Shown one piece after another: positions 37,181 through 51,211 of a DNA stretch of 64,000 nucleotides. The translations under genes and the position numbers were made by a program. Below the pieces are notes generated by a model. It was not told the DNA's origin and ran no database searches. It saw nothing but the letters and a program-made list of their open reading frames with translations. This DNA comes from Mobula hypostoma (taxonomy: Eukaryota), in assembly GCF_963921235.1 (NCBI RefSeq), contig NC_086108.1, forward strand, positions 112,594,001 through 112,658,000, in the 5' to 3' direction. Positions within the stretch are counted from its first letter, which is position 1. Every line of letters starts with the position of its first letter.

Positions 37181-38292
37181 TGGATGTTGATGGGGTTTGG
37201 GGGTAGATGAACGGCTGACATGCCAGGCCATCTCGGAATTTCTCCGACTGATCCAACATTCCCACCCTCCCCTGTGGATAGTTTAATCCTCTGAACGTCG
37301 ATCCAGGCACGATCTCACTGAGTCACGGATCTCTGTCCTCAGTCAGTAGGACTCTCTGCCGAGGTTGTAAACTTGCAACCACACTGGCTCGACATCCTCA
37401 GTACCATCAGCTCCGACGGGACACAGAACAGTGCAGACCATTTGGCCCCAATCTCAAGCCACCTTGATGGTAAATGACCTGCCCCTGAGTATCCTCCACA
37501 TCACTCCATTCCCTTCGTACTCACGTGTCTGCCTACTCCCCCAAACCGAAGCTTCCACTACTGCCCGGTAACCCATTCCAGGTACCTAACACCACCCCTG
37601 TAAGAACATCACATCACCTTTAACGGCCCCTCTCACTACTACCATCAGGCAGGAGGTACAGCAGCCTCAGGACCCATTATTACCCCTCAGCCATCAAACT
37701 CTTAAATCGGTGTGAATACCTTCACTCACCTCAACAAAGTACTGATTCCACAACCTGTACACTCACTTTCAATGACTTTTTACAACTCGGTTCTCAGTAT
37801 TACATCTTTATTTGCACAAGTTTGTTTTCTTTTGTATACTGGTTGTTTGAATGACTTCATCTGTTTGTATAGTTTTGGTTCTCCTGTCTTTTCGCCATAA
37901 CCTCTGACCTTTACTAATTGAGAACCTAATCGACCTTCACTTTAAGTATACCCAGTGACTTGACCTCCAGGCATCTGTGGCAATGAATTTCACACATTCA
38001 CCACCTGCAGGCTAAAGAAATTCCTCCTCATCTCTGTTCAAAATGGACATCCTTCTATTCTGAGGTTGTGTTCTCTGGTCCTAGACTACCTTACTTTTTG
38101 GAAACATCCACTCTATCGAGGCCTTTCAATATTAGATCGGTTTCAATCAGATTTCCCCTCATTCTTCTAAACTGCAGCAAGTACAGGCCCAGAGCCATCA
38201 AATGTTCTTCATATGTTAAGCCTTTCATTGCTGGAATCATTCTCCTGAACCTCCTTTGGACCCTCAACTCCGCCAGTACATCCTTTCTTAGA

Positions 38293-41200
38293 TATGGAAA
38301 GTTTCTTAAATGCATTTATTTTAATGCTAGGAGTATTATAAGAAAGGTGGATGAGCTTAAAGCATGGATTGATACCTGGAAGTATGATGTGGTAGCTATT
38401 AGTGAAAGATGGTTACAGGAGGGGTGTGATTGGCAACAAAAAATTCCTGGATTTTGTTGCTTCAGGTGTGATAGAATCGGAGGGACAAGAGGGGGAGGTG
38501 TTGCATTGCTTGTCAGAGAAAATATTACAGTGGTGCTCTGGCAGGATAGATTAGAGGGCTCGTCTAGGGAGGCGATTTGGGTGGAATTGAGGAATGGGAA
38601 AGGTGTAGTAACACTTATAGGGGTGTATTATAGACCAACTAATGGGGAGCGAGAAGTGGAGGAGCAAATTTGTAAGGAGATAGCAGATATTTGTAGTAAG
38701 CACAAGGTTGTGATTGTGGGAGATTCCAATTTTCCACACATAGATTGGGAAGGCCATACTGTAAAAGGGCTGGATGGTTTGGAGTTTGTAAAATGTGTGC
38801 AGGATAGTTTTTTGCAGCAATACATAGAGGTACCAACAAGAGAAGGGGCAGTGTTGGATCTCCTGTTAGGGAATGAGATAGGTCAGATGACGGAGGTATG
38901 TGTTGGGGAGCACTTCGGGTCCAGTGATCACAATGCCATTAGTTTCAATATAATTATGGAGAAGGATAGGTCTGGACCCAGGGCTGAGATTTTTGATTGG
39001 AGAAAGGCTAACTTTGAGGAGATGCAAAAGGATTTAGGAGCAGTGGATTGGGACAAATTGTTTTATGGGAAGAATGTAATAGAGAAATGGAGGTCATTTA
39101 AAGGTGAAATTTTGAGGGTACAGAATCTTTATGTTAGACATAGTATAGTACAGCACAGTACAGGCCCTTCGGCCCACAATGTTGTGCCGACCCTCAAACC
39201 CTGCCTCCCATATAAGCCCCCCACCTTAAATTCCTCCATATACCTCTCTAGTAGTCTCTTAAACTTTAATGTTCCTGTTCGGTTGAAAGGAAAGGTTAAA
39301 AGTTTGAGAGACCCATGGTTTTCAAGGGATATTGGAAACTTGGTTCGGAAAAAGAGAGATATCTACGATAAATATAGGCAGCTTGGAGTAAATGAGGTGC
39401 TCAAGGAATATAAAGAATGTAAAAGAATCTTAAGAAAGAAATTAGAAAAGCTAAAAGAAGATACGAGGTTGCTTTGGCAAGTAAGGTAAAAATAAATCCC
39501 AAGGGTTTCTACAGTTATATTACCAGCAAAAGAATAGTGAGGGATAAAATTGGTCCCTTAGAGAATCAGAGGGGACAGCTATGTGTGGAACCAAAAGAGA
39601 TGGGGGAGATTTTGAACAATTTCTTTTCTTCGGTATTCACTAAGGAGAAGGATATTGAATTGTGTAAGGTAAGGGAAACAGGTAGGAAAGTTATGGAAAC
39701 TATAATGATTAATGAAGAGGAAGTACCGGCACTTTTAAGGAATATAAAAGTGGATAAGTCTCCGGGTCCTGACAGGATATTCCCTAGACCTTGAGCGAAG
39801 TTAGTGTAGAAATAGTAGGGGCTCTGACAGAAATATTTCAAATGTCATTAGAAACAGGGATGGTGCCAGAGGATTGGCGTATTGCTCATGTTGTTCCATT
39901 GTTTTAAAAAGGGTTCTAAGAGTAAACCTAGTAATTATCGGCCTGTGAGTTTGACGTCAGTGGTGGGAAAATTGATGGAAAGTATTCTTAGAGATGGTAT
40001 ATATAATTATCTGGATAGACAGGGTCTGATTAGGAACAATCAACATGGATTTGTGCATGGAAGGTTATGTTTGACAAATCTTATTGAATTTTTTGAAGAG
40101 GTTACTAGGAAAGTTGACAAGGGTAAAGCGGTGGATGTTGTCTATACGGACTTTGGTAAGGCCTTTGACAAGGTTCCACATGGAAGGTTAGTTAGGAAAG
40201 TTCAATCGTTAGGTATTAATATTGAAGTAGTAAAATGGAATCAGCAGTGTCTGGATGGGAGACACCAGAGAGTAGTGGTGGATGACTGTGTCAGATTGGA
40301 GGCCGGTGACTAGTGGTGTGCCTCAGGGATCTGTACTGGGTCCAATGTTGTTTGTCATATATATTAATGATCTGGATGATGGGGTGGTAAATTGCATTAG
40401 TAAGTATGCAGATGATACGAAGATAGGTGGCGTTGTGGATGATGAAGTAGGTTCTCAAAGCTTGCAGAGAGATTTAGACCAGTTAGAAGAGTGGGGAGAA
40501 AGATGGCAGATGGAGTTTAATGCTGATAAATATGAGGTGCTACATTTTGGTAGGACTAATCAAAATAGGACATACATGGTAAATGGTAGGGCATTGAAGA
40601 ATGCAGTAGAACAGAGGGATCTAGGATTAATGGTGCATAGTTCCCTGAAGGTGGAATCTCATGTGGATAGGGTGGTGAAGAAAGCTTTTGGTATGCTGGC
40701 CTTTATAAATCAGAGCATTGAGTATAGGAATTGGGATGTAATGTTGAAATCGTACAAGGTATTGGTGAGGCCAAATTTGGAGTATTGTGTACAGTTCTGG
40801 TCACCGAATTATAGGAAAGATGTCAACAAAATTGAGAGAGTACAGAGAAGATTTATTAGAATGTTACCTGGGTTTCATCTCCTAAATTACAGAGAAAGGT
40901 TAAACAAGTTGGGTCTTTATTCTTTGGAACGTAGAAGGTTGAGGGGGTCTTGTTAGAGATATTTAAAATTATGAGGTTAATAGATAGAGTTGACGTGGAT
41001 AGGTTTTTTCCATTGAGAGTGGGGGAGATTCAAACAAGAGGACATGAGTTGAGAGTTAAGGGGCAAAAGTTTAGGGGTAACATGAGGGGGAACTTCTTTA
41101 CTCAGAGAGTGGTAGCTGTGTGGAACGAGCTTCCAGCAGAAGTGGTTGAGGCAGGTTCGATGTTGTCATTTAAAGTTAAATTGGACAGATATATGGACAG

Positions 41201-41330
41201 GTAAGGAATGGAGGGTTATGGGCTGAGGGCAGGTCGGTGGGACTAGGTGAGAGTAAGAGTTCGGCACGGACTAGAAGGGCCGAGATGGTCTGTTTCCGTG
41301 CTGTAATTGTTATATGGTTATATATGGTTA
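38293..41330 (+). mobile_element. CR1 LINE, nearly complete ORF2 (APE endonuclease and RT) with frameshifts and 3' tail
   Basis: YFNARSI, GVYYRP, GDSNFP, SSDHNAI, KSPGPD, NYRPVSLTS, SGVPQGSVLGP and YADDTK. Confidence 0.95.
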
Positions 41331-41487
41331 TAAGAGGTAAAAAACTGCTCACAATTCTCCATGAGCCAGTGAGTTTAACTTGCCCCACCTTTCTTTGGGA
41401 TTGACATCATAAACTACCTCATGAGTCAAGCATTCTGGGAAAGGTCAGTTTCATAAGTCGAGCTGAGGTTGTTTTCTGAATGGAAGC

Positions 41488-41837
41488 AAGAGAGGGGGAG
41501 GGGAGAGAGGGGGAAGGGGAGGGGAGAGAGGGGGAAGGGGAGGGGAGGAGAGGGAGAGAGAGAGGAGAGGGAGAGAGAGGGGAGAGGGAGAGAGAGGGGA
41601 GAGGGAGAGGGGAGTGGGCAGGGGAGGGAGGGAGAGGGATGGAGGGGAGGGAGAGGGATGGAGGGGAGGGAGAGGAGAGGGGAGGGAAAGGGAAGGGAGA
41701 GGAGGGGGAGGGGAGAGAGGAGGGAGAGGAGGGATGGGTGGAGGGAGAGAGGGGGAAGGGGTAGAGGTACAGAGATGGGGAGGGAAAGAGAGGGGAGGGG
41801 GAGAGAGGGGTTGAAAGGGGGAGGGAGGGGGAGAAAG

Positions 41838-41871
<34 letters not shown>

Positions 41872-41907
41872 TGACAGAGTGAGAGAGAGAGAGAGAGAGA
41901 GAGAGGG
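41488..41907. repeat. About 420-bp polypurine/polypyrimidine tract ending in (GA)n
   Basis: Almost only G and A on the + strand. Confidence 0.95.
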
Positions 41908-43189
41908 CAAGATCTCTGACTTCACTACATTCCAGAATGATGTGATGCACTCATTGTTGAGAGCAGATGGGATAAATTTTTCCTACTGTTTAATCTCTGG
42001 ACTCATTCCATTTAGTACGCATCAGGGAAATATGCAGTTTTTCATTTGCTTATGAATACTCTTCACTTCCCTGGAATTCCTGGACACAGCAGCCACCAGC
42101 AGCACATCACGGAACTAGCCTCCCCTCCACGGACTCTGTCTACACTTCACACTGGCTTGGTAAAGCAGCCGGCATAATCAGAGACCCCACACACCCCAGA
42201 CATTCTCTCTTCTCCCCTCTCCCATCGGGCAGGAGGTTGGCAGAAAAACTGTACTACCAGGCTCAAGGACAAATTCTGCCTCACTGTTGAACGCTTCTCT
42301 GCAGTGGTAAGTTGGTCTCTTGACCACAATGTACCTTATTAGACCATGAGATACAGGAGCAGAATTTGGCCACTTGGCCCATTGAGCCTGCTCCACCATT
42401 TCATCATGGCCAATCGATCCATCTTCTCTCCCAGCCCCAATTTCCTGTCTTCTTTCCATATCCCTTCATGCCCTGACCAATCAAGAATCTATCAGCCTCT
42501 GCCTTAAATATAACCAATAATTTGGCCTCCACAGCTGCCCGTGGCAATGAATTCCACTTATTGTCTACCTGTACCTGTAACACTTCTGCATTCTGTTATT
42601 GTTTGATCTCAATGCCCCCTTGTACTGATCTGAACTGTATGCGCAAGACAAGAGGCAATTTACCAATTTACAATCATGGATTCATTCAGAACAGAAACCG
42701 GCCCTTCAGCCCATCTGGTCCCTGGCAACCAAGATTCCAATCTAAGCTGGTCCCACTTGCCTGTGTTTGCCCCATATCCCTCAGACCCTTTCCTTTTCAT
42801 GCAACTGTCCAAGCTCCTTTTAAATGCTGTTAATGTATTGGGGTGTCACTGTGGTAATGGTTGGCACAAAGCTTTACAGTACAGGTGACCCCGGTTCAAT
42901 TCTCACCACTGTCCTTACCGTAAGGAATTTGTACATTCTCCCGTGACCGTGTGGGTTTCCTCCCTAGTACGATGAGATGACTCTTCACCTTATAATCTAT
43001 ATTGTACAACCTTATTGTCAATTACTTTCTGCAACTGTAACACTTTATTCTGCAGTCCGTTATTGTTTTACTTTGTATTGCCTCGATGCACTGATATGTT
43101 GAAATGATCCGTATGGGTCATCGTGTGCAGTGGTCAGAAGCCCAATGTCAGCGAGTCCAGGGCCAAAGGCCGGATGCCCGGAGCAGCCT

Positions 43190-43264
43190 GTCCTGGGATT
43201 GAGGACCTGTCTCTGTGTGAGTGAGTGGGTGGGGAAGGGGTCTATCCTGGGATTGGAGACCTGT

Positions 43265-43308
<44 letters not shown>

Positions 43309-43660
43309 CTGTCTGTGTGTGAGTGGGTGAGGACCTGTCTGTCTGTGTGTGAGTGGGTGAGGACCTGTCTGTGTGTGAGTGTGTGTGTGGACCTGTCTGT
43401 GTGTGTGAGTGAGTGAGTGGGGACCTGTCTCTCTGTGTGTGTGAGTGAGTGGGGAAGGGGTCTATCCTGGGACTGAAGACCTGTCTCTCTGTGTGAGTGA
43501 GTGAGTGGGTGGGGACCTGTCTGTGTGTGTGTGTGAGTGAGTGGGTGGGGAAGGGGTCTATCCTGGGATTGGAGACCTGTCTCTGTGTGAGTGAGTGGGT
43601 GGGGAAGGGGTCTATCCTGGGATTGGAGACCTGTCTCTGTGTGAGTGAGTGGGAAAGGGG
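43190..43660. repeat. GT-rich minisatellite (about 54-bp unit) mixed with (GT)n
   Basis: gtgggtggggaaggggtctatcctgggattggagacctgtctctgtgtgagtga at 43541 and 43595, with variants. Confidence 0.85.
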
Positions 43661-46267
43661 CTTGTTTTACTGTTGTTGTTTCCTCTTGCTGTGTTGTTCT
43701 GATGAACACTGAGAACATGCTATGTTGACGCAGGAATATGGTGACACTTGCAGGCTGCCCCCAGTACATCATTGGTTGTGGCAAATGACACATTTCCCCG
43801 TATGCTTCAATGTACATTTGACAGATATACTTGTCTGATCTAATCTAATGGATGATATACAAGCATTCTGCAGCACATTAAAGTTCAAAGGAAATTTATT
43901 ATCAAAGTACATATGTCACCATTTACCACCCTGAGATTTGTTCTCTCAAATACAAAGAAATAAATAACCAAAATAATAAGAAAAATAAATAAGCGATAAA
44001 TATAGAGAACATGAGATGGAGTCCTTGAAAGTGAGTCCACAGATTCTGGAAACAGTTCAGCAATGGGGTGAGTGAAGTTGGGTGATGTTATCTCCTCTGG
44101 TTTGAGCCTGCTGAGTGAGGGGTAATAACTGTTCCTGAGCTTAGTGGTGTGGGTCCTGAGGCTCCTGTACCTCCTTCCTGATGGTAACACTGAGAAGAGA
44201 GCCTGGCCTGGATGGTGGCCGGGGGTGGGGGTGGGGGTGGTTGGTGGAATCCTTGGTGATGACAATAATAAACCAACTTAGCATTATAGTTTCATAGTTT
44301 ATATTTCCTCCAGCACACAGACACACTCACTCCCACTCATCCCTCCTCGTGACCAGCTGAGGTCCTGAAACTCTTCGTGGTCCAGTCTAACCCTACTCTT
44401 ACCACTGAGTGTTGCCAGCAAGGCTGAATTTATTGCCGATCCCCATGCCCCCTTCTTGTGGGTGGCCTGCAGTGAGCGGCCACCGTGGCGTAGCAGCTAG
44501 CCCAACACTCTACCATGGCAACAACCCGGGTTCAATGCCCGCTGCGGTCTGTGAGGGGTTCGCACGTTCTCCCCAGGATTGTATGGGTTTTCTCCCAGGT
44601 TTTGAAGGCTTGCAGGTTGGGCTTAGTGAGTTGTGGACATGTCATGTTGGTGCTGGAAGCATGGTCATCCTTGCGGGCTGCCCCCAGCACATCCTCGGGC
44701 TGTGCAAATGATGCATTTCACCGTCTCACTGTGCAGTACATTTGACAACTGTTTGGTTGTTCGTTGCATCCAACGATGACTGGAGACCTGTGCGGAGAGT
44801 TTTTAAAGTGGAAAAAGCTGTTGCACTGGGGCAGTTCCACTCTCTGACCTCAGATCCGGGTCCAGTGGTACCAACAAGCACAACAAACTTGATTGCAATA
44901 GATGTACCTTGCTGTGGCCTTTGTTCTCCACAGAGCATTGTAGAACTGCCTTCCTGGCCTTTGTTTTCCACAGACCGTTGTTGAACTGCCTTCCTGGCCT
45001 TTGTTTTTCACATACCGTTGTAGAACTGCCTTCCTGGCCTTTGGATCTGACTGTCAATCTCATCCACTGGAGCTGACTTCACACGCTCGGGCAGCCACGT
45101 CCCTCCCTCACTGGGATACGAGGCCTGGTTTAGCCCACCTGTCGAAGCGGTGTACCCGTGGTGTGGCTGCTGTCGCAAGCAAACAGCTACTTGGAACCAC
45201 AGGTGAGAGCTGAGAGTCCGGTGGATCCCAAAGGTGAGCGAGCTACCCCAGAGTGGACATGTCAAGACCCCTCACCAGGGGTGCCACCCCTCCCTGGGCA
45301 CAACAGGCCCCTTTGACAGCTAGAGCTACTGAACCTAATCAGGGCCATCCCAAGGAGCAGCTGATACTTAAACACAGTCTGTAAAAGAAACTGTCATTCA
45401 CAGTGGACCAAGCCAGACCAGATTCCTCAATGGTCGTGCCGTTCTGTGGTCATCAGTGCTTTTCATTCCAATTAGATAAACAACTTTAAATTCCCCAACT
45501 GTTTTGGAGTGTCTCCAACTCATCAGCCCACAGGATGGCAGAGTGCCGGCTCAGTTAGCATAACCATAAGATGGAGTCCAAAAGAAACGGGAGCAGAATG
45601 AGGCCACTCGGCCCATCGAGTCTGCCCTGGCTCATTCATCATCCCTCTCAAGCCAACTCTCCTGCCTTCTCCCCGTAACCTTTGGCAGTCTGATTAATCA
45701 AGAACCCATCAGCCCCTGCTTTAAATACACTCAATGACTTGGCCTCCACAGCCATCTGTGGCGGTGAATTCCGCAGATTCACACCCACTGGCTGTAAGGT
45801 CGGGGTTCAATACTTGCTGCTGACTAGTTTGTACATTCCCCCTGTGACCAAGCAGGCTTCGTCCGACTTCTCCGGTTTCCTTGCACGTTCCGAAGAGGGA
45901 CAGGTTTGGGGTAGTGAGTTGTGGGCACGCTGTGTTGGCACCGGAAGTGTGGTGACACTTGTGGGCCGTCCAGCACAATCCTCACTGATTTGATTTCACA
46001 CAAGACGCTCACTCTATGTCTCTGTGACAAATAAAAATAATCTTTAACAGAGATTCCACAGATGCAGGTAATCCAGAGCAACACGCACACAAAATCTGAA
46101 GGAACTCAGCAGGTCAGGCAGCATCTACGGAGAGGAATAAACAGTCAACATTTCAGACTGATACCTTCATCAGGGTTGGAAAAGAAGGGGGAAGATGCCA
46201 GAGTGTTGATTGACCTGCTGAGTTGTTCCAGTATTTTGTGTGTGTTGAACTGATTCTGCCAGATCTG

Positions 46268-49200
46268 TAAGACCATAAGACATAGGAGCAGAATTAGGCC
46301 ATTCAGCCCATCAAGTACGTACCACCATTCAACCATGGCCGATCCTTTTTTTTGCCTCCTCAGCCAACTCTTCTAAACCTTTGTTGCTGTGGCCAATCAA
46401 GAACCAATTAATCTCCAATCTAAATACACCCAATGACCCGGCCTCCACAGCTGCCTGTGATAATAAATTCCACAACTTCACCACCATCTGGCTGAAGAAA
46501 TTTCTCCACATCTCTGTTTTAAATGGACGCCCCTCTAACCTGAGGCTGTGCTCTCTTGTCCTAGACTCCCCCACCATGGAAAACATCCTACCCACATTTG
46601 AAAGGTTTCAGTGAGATCCCCTCCCCTATCCTTATAAATTCCAGTGAGTATAGGCCCAAAGCCATCAAATGTTCCTCATATGATAGCCCTTTCATTCCCA
46701 GAATCATCCTTGTGAACCTCCTCTGGACCCCCTCCAACGCCAGCACATCTTTTCTATGATGAGGAGTCCAAAACTGTTCACAATACTCAATGTGAGGCCT
46801 CACCAGTGCCTTATAAAGCCTCAGCATCACATCCCTGCTCTTGTACTCCAGACATCTTGAAATGAATTCTAAGTTTGTATTTGCCTTCCTCACCATCGAA
46901 TCTACCTGCAAGTTAACCTTTAGGGTGTTCTGCACAAGGACTCCCAAGCCCCTTTGCATCTCAGATTTTTTGATTTTCTCCCCATAGAAAATAGTCAGCA
47001 CATTTATTTCTACTACCAAAATGCATGACCATTCATTTTCCAACATTGTATTTCATTTGCCACTTTCTTGCCCATTCTCCTAATCTGTCTAAGTCCTTCT
47101 GCAGCCTACCTGTTTCCTCAACACTACCTGCCCCTCCTCCAATCTTCATATCATCTGCAAACTTGCCAACAAAGCCATCTATTCCATCATCTCTAAATCA
47201 TTTATATACAATATAAAAAGCGGTCCCAACACCACTCCTGTGGAACACCACCAGTCACTGGCAGCCAACCAGAAAAGAATCCCTTTCTTCCCACTCACTG
47301 CCTCCTACCAATCAGCCAATGCTCTAACCATGTTAGTAACTTTCTTGTAATATCATTTGCTTTTATCCTGGTAAGTAGCCTCATGTGTGGCACCTTGTCA
47401 AAGAGCTTCTGAAAGACCAAATATATGATCAGAGATTAAGGGAGCTAGGGCTTTACTCTTTGGAGAGAAGGAGGATGAGAGGAGACATGATAGAGGTGTA
47501 CAAGATAATAAGAGGAATAGATAGAGTGGATAGCCAGCGCCTCTTCCCTAGGGCACCACTGCTCAATACAAGAGGACATGGCTTTAAGGTAAGGGGTGGG
47601 AAGTTCAAGGGGGATATTAGAGGAAGGTTTTTACTCAGAGAGTGGTTGGCGCGAGGAATGCACTGCCTGAGTCAGTGGTGGAGGCAGATACACTAGTGAA
47701 GTTTAAGAAACTACTAGATAGGTATGAAGGAATTTAAGGTGGGGGCTTATATGGGAGGCAGGGTTTGAGGGTCAGCACAACATTGTGGGCCAAAGGGCCT
47801 GTACTGTGCTGTACTATTCTATGTTCTATGTTCTATACAACATCCACTCAATCCCTTTTATCCTGTAATCTCCTCAAAGAATTCCAACAGGTTCGTCAGG
47901 CAAGATTTTCCCTGAAGGAAACCATGCTGACTTTGTCCCATCTTGTCCATAACCTCATCCTTCACAATTGATTTCAACATCTTCCCGACCACTGAGATCA
48001 GGCTAATTGGTCTATAATTTCCTTTCTTAAGAAGTGGAATGACATTTGCAATTTTCCAGTCCCATGGCATCATGCCAGAGTGCAATGACTTTCGAAAAAT
48101 CATTTCTAATACCACCACAATCTCTACCGCTACCTCTTTCAGAACCCTAGGGTGCAGTTCCTCTGGTCCGGGTGACTTATGTACCTTTAGGTCTTTCAGC
48201 TTTTTGAGCACCTTCTCCCTTGTAATAGTAACTGCACCCACTTCACTTCCCTCACACCCTTCAACACCTGGCACACTGCCAGTGTCTTCAACAGTGAAGA
48301 CTGATGCAAAATACTCATTTAGTTCATCAGCCATCTCCTTGGCCCGTTATTATTTTTCCAGCCTCATTTTCTAGCAGTCCTCTATCCACTCTCATCTCTC
48401 GTTTATTTTTTACATACTTGAAAAAAACTTTCTCTATCCACCTTGATATTGTTTGCTAGCTTGCTTTCATATTTAATCTATTCGCTCCTAATAATTCTTT
48501 TAGTTGCTCTTTGTGGGTTTTTAAAAGCTAATCCCATCCTCTATCTTCCCGCTAATTTTTGCTTTGTTGTATGCCCTTTCTTTTGCTTTTACATTAGCTT
48601 TGTCAGCCTTGTCAGCCATGGTTGTATTATTTTGCCAGTTGAGTATTTCTTCCTTTACAGAATACATCTATCCTGCACCTTCCTCATTTTCCCCAGAGAC
48701 TCACGCCTTTTCTGCTCTGCTGTCATCCCTGCCAGCATTTCCTTCCAATTTACTTCAGCCAACTCCTCTCTCATATCACTGTAATTTCCTTTAGTCCACT
48801 GAAATACTGTTACATCAGACTTTACTTTCTCAAGTTGAACTTGATCACTGGCTCCTAAGGGTTCCTTTACCCTAAGCTCCGTAATCACCTCCAGTTCATT
48901 ACATAACAATCATCCAGTACAGCTAATGCCCTGGTAGGCTCAGTGACAAACTGCTCTAAAAGCCATCTTGAAGGGGTTCAACAAACTCACTCTTTTGAGA
49001 TCCATTACCAACCTAACTTTCCCAAGCGACCTGCATGTTAAAATCTTCCATGACTACCATAACATTGCCCTTTTGACCCACCTTTTCTATTTCCTGTTGT
49101 AATCTCGGGCCCACATCCCAGCTATTGTTGGGAGGCCTGTATATAACTGCCATCAGGGTCCTTTTACCCTTGCAGTTTCTTAACTCAACCCACAAGGATT

Positions 49201-50520
49201 CAACATCTTCCAATCCTATGTCACATCTTTCTGCTGATTTGATGCCATTCTTTACCAGCAGAACCACACCACCCCCTCTACCTACCTTCCAATCCCTCTG
49301 ATACAATATGTAACCTTGAACATTCAACTCCCAACTATAACCGTCCTTCAGCCACGATTCAGTGATGGCCACAACATCATACCTGACCATCTGTAAAAGT
49401 GCAACATGATCATCCACCTTATTTCTTATACTCCATGAATTGAAATACAACACTTTGAATACTGTATTTGCTACCTGCTTTGATTTTGCATCAGTAATGC
49501 ACTGGTACTAACCCTGCTGGCGTCAATTTTGTCCTAAATCTGCCTGCCCTTCCTGACAGTCTGAGCATCCTACCCTGAGTCCTTTCACTCCAGTTTCCAA
49601 TCCCCTGTCAAATTAGTTTTAATCCTCCCCAACAGCCCTAACAAACTTGCCCGCAAGAATATTGGTTCCCCCTCGGGTTTAGGTGCAACCTTTCCCTTTT
49701 GTACGGGCCGTACCTCCTCCAGAAGAGATCCCAATGATCCAAGAACCTGAATCTCTGCCCCCTGCACCAGCTTCTCAGCCACGCAGTTATCTGCTAAATC
49801 ATCCTGTTTCCGCCCTCACTGGCATTTGACATGGGCAGCAATCCAGAAATTACTACCCTGGAGGTCTTTCTGCCTAGCTCTCTAAGTTTTCTTTTCAGGA
49901 TCTCCTTGTTTTTCCTTCCTATGTCATTGTACTAATATGTACCAAGACGTCTGGCTGCTCTCCCTCCCTGCCCAAAGTGCCATGGATGCGATCCGAGACG
50001 TCCCTGACCCTAGTATCTGAGTGTCCCATTCACGTCTACAGAATCTTGTGTCTGTTCCTCTGACTATTGAGTCCCCTGTCACTAGCGTTCCCCTCTTCTC
50101 CCTGTTTCCCAACCACACCACGGACCCATGCTCAGTGCCAGTAACCTGGTCTCTGTGGCATTCCCCCCGGGAGGGCACCCTCACGGCAGTATTGCAAACG
50201 GTTTACTTATTATTGAGGGGAATGGCCGCAGGGGTGCTCTGCGCTAACTGCCTGTTCACCTTCCCATCCCTTCTCCTGACGGTCACCCGTCTACCCACCT
50301 CCTGCAACTTAGAGATGACTACCGGTACTTCCCTGTAACTCTGATCGATTATCTCCTTGCTCTCCCGTACAAGCGGAAGGTCATCCAGCTGCTGCTCCAG
50401 ATCCCTAACACGGTCGCTAAGTAGCTGCTGCCGGATGCACCTCACACAGATGTAGTTCCCTGGGAGACTCTGGGTCTCCCAGGACTCCAACATCCAGCAT
50501 GAAGAACACACAACAGCTAT
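46268..50520 (-). mobile_element. Long decayed CR1 LINE (ORF1 zinc finger/esterase, endonuclease, RT, tail) with a nested + strand CR1 tail at 47426-47833
   Basis: CSSCWML..CVRC, TGDSIVRG, YFNSWSIRNK, VIYRPP, KSPGPEELHPRVLKE and LYKALVRPHIEYC. Confidence 0.9.
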
Positions 50521-50973
50521 TTAAACTACACTAAGTACCCCTGACACAGTAAGAGAAAAGGGAAATCTAGCTTTCCAGTTGGAATCAATACTGTGTGTAG
50601 CAGAGTTATAGATATGTCTTATTATCCGGCGGTGGGGGGGGGGGCCCCCACAGACACCTTCCCTCAGAGCATTTGGTTTAACTACCGCTACAGAGAGTGC
50701 ACACCTGTTCACTCCAGAGGCATGCAGAAAACACACATCAATACAACTAACTCAGCAGCTCAGGCAGCATCTGTGGTCTCATTTTGGACTGAGACCCTCC
50801 ACTGGGACTGGAAAGGTCCAGGACCCTCCACTGGGAGCGGAAAGGACAGAGACCCTCCATGGGAACGTTCCCATTTCCAGTTTTGATTAAGTGTCTCAGC
50901 CCAAAACATCACCTGGTTATTCCTCTCCATAGATGCTGCCCGACCCACTGAGTCCCTGAGTCCCCCAAGCATT

Positions 50974-51179
50974 GTGTGTGAGTGAGTGTGTGTGTGTGTG
51001 CATGTGTGTGTGTGTGTGTGAATTGTGTCTGTGTTTGTGTGTGACTGTGTGAATTGTGTGTGTGACTTGAGTGTGTGTGTGAATTGTGAGTGTCTGTGTG
51101 AATTGTGAGAGTGTGAGTGAGAGAGGGTGTGTGTGTGTGTGTGTGTGAATTGTGTCTGTGTGTGTGTGTGAGTGTGTGT

Positions 51180-51210
<31 letters not shown>
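50974..51210. repeat. Degenerate (GT)n microsatellite within a Penelope-derived fold-back
   Basis: Directly visible. Confidence 0.9.

Positions 51211-51211
<1 letters not shown>

Noticed and set aside
38068..39489. 473-aa ORF as a novel gene
   Set aside because: A chance read-through of antisense CR1 sequence, the CR1 endonuclease and a nested insert.
41419..41950. Pro/Ser- and Gly/Glu/Arg-rich ORFs
   Set aside because: Artefacts of the polypurine tract.
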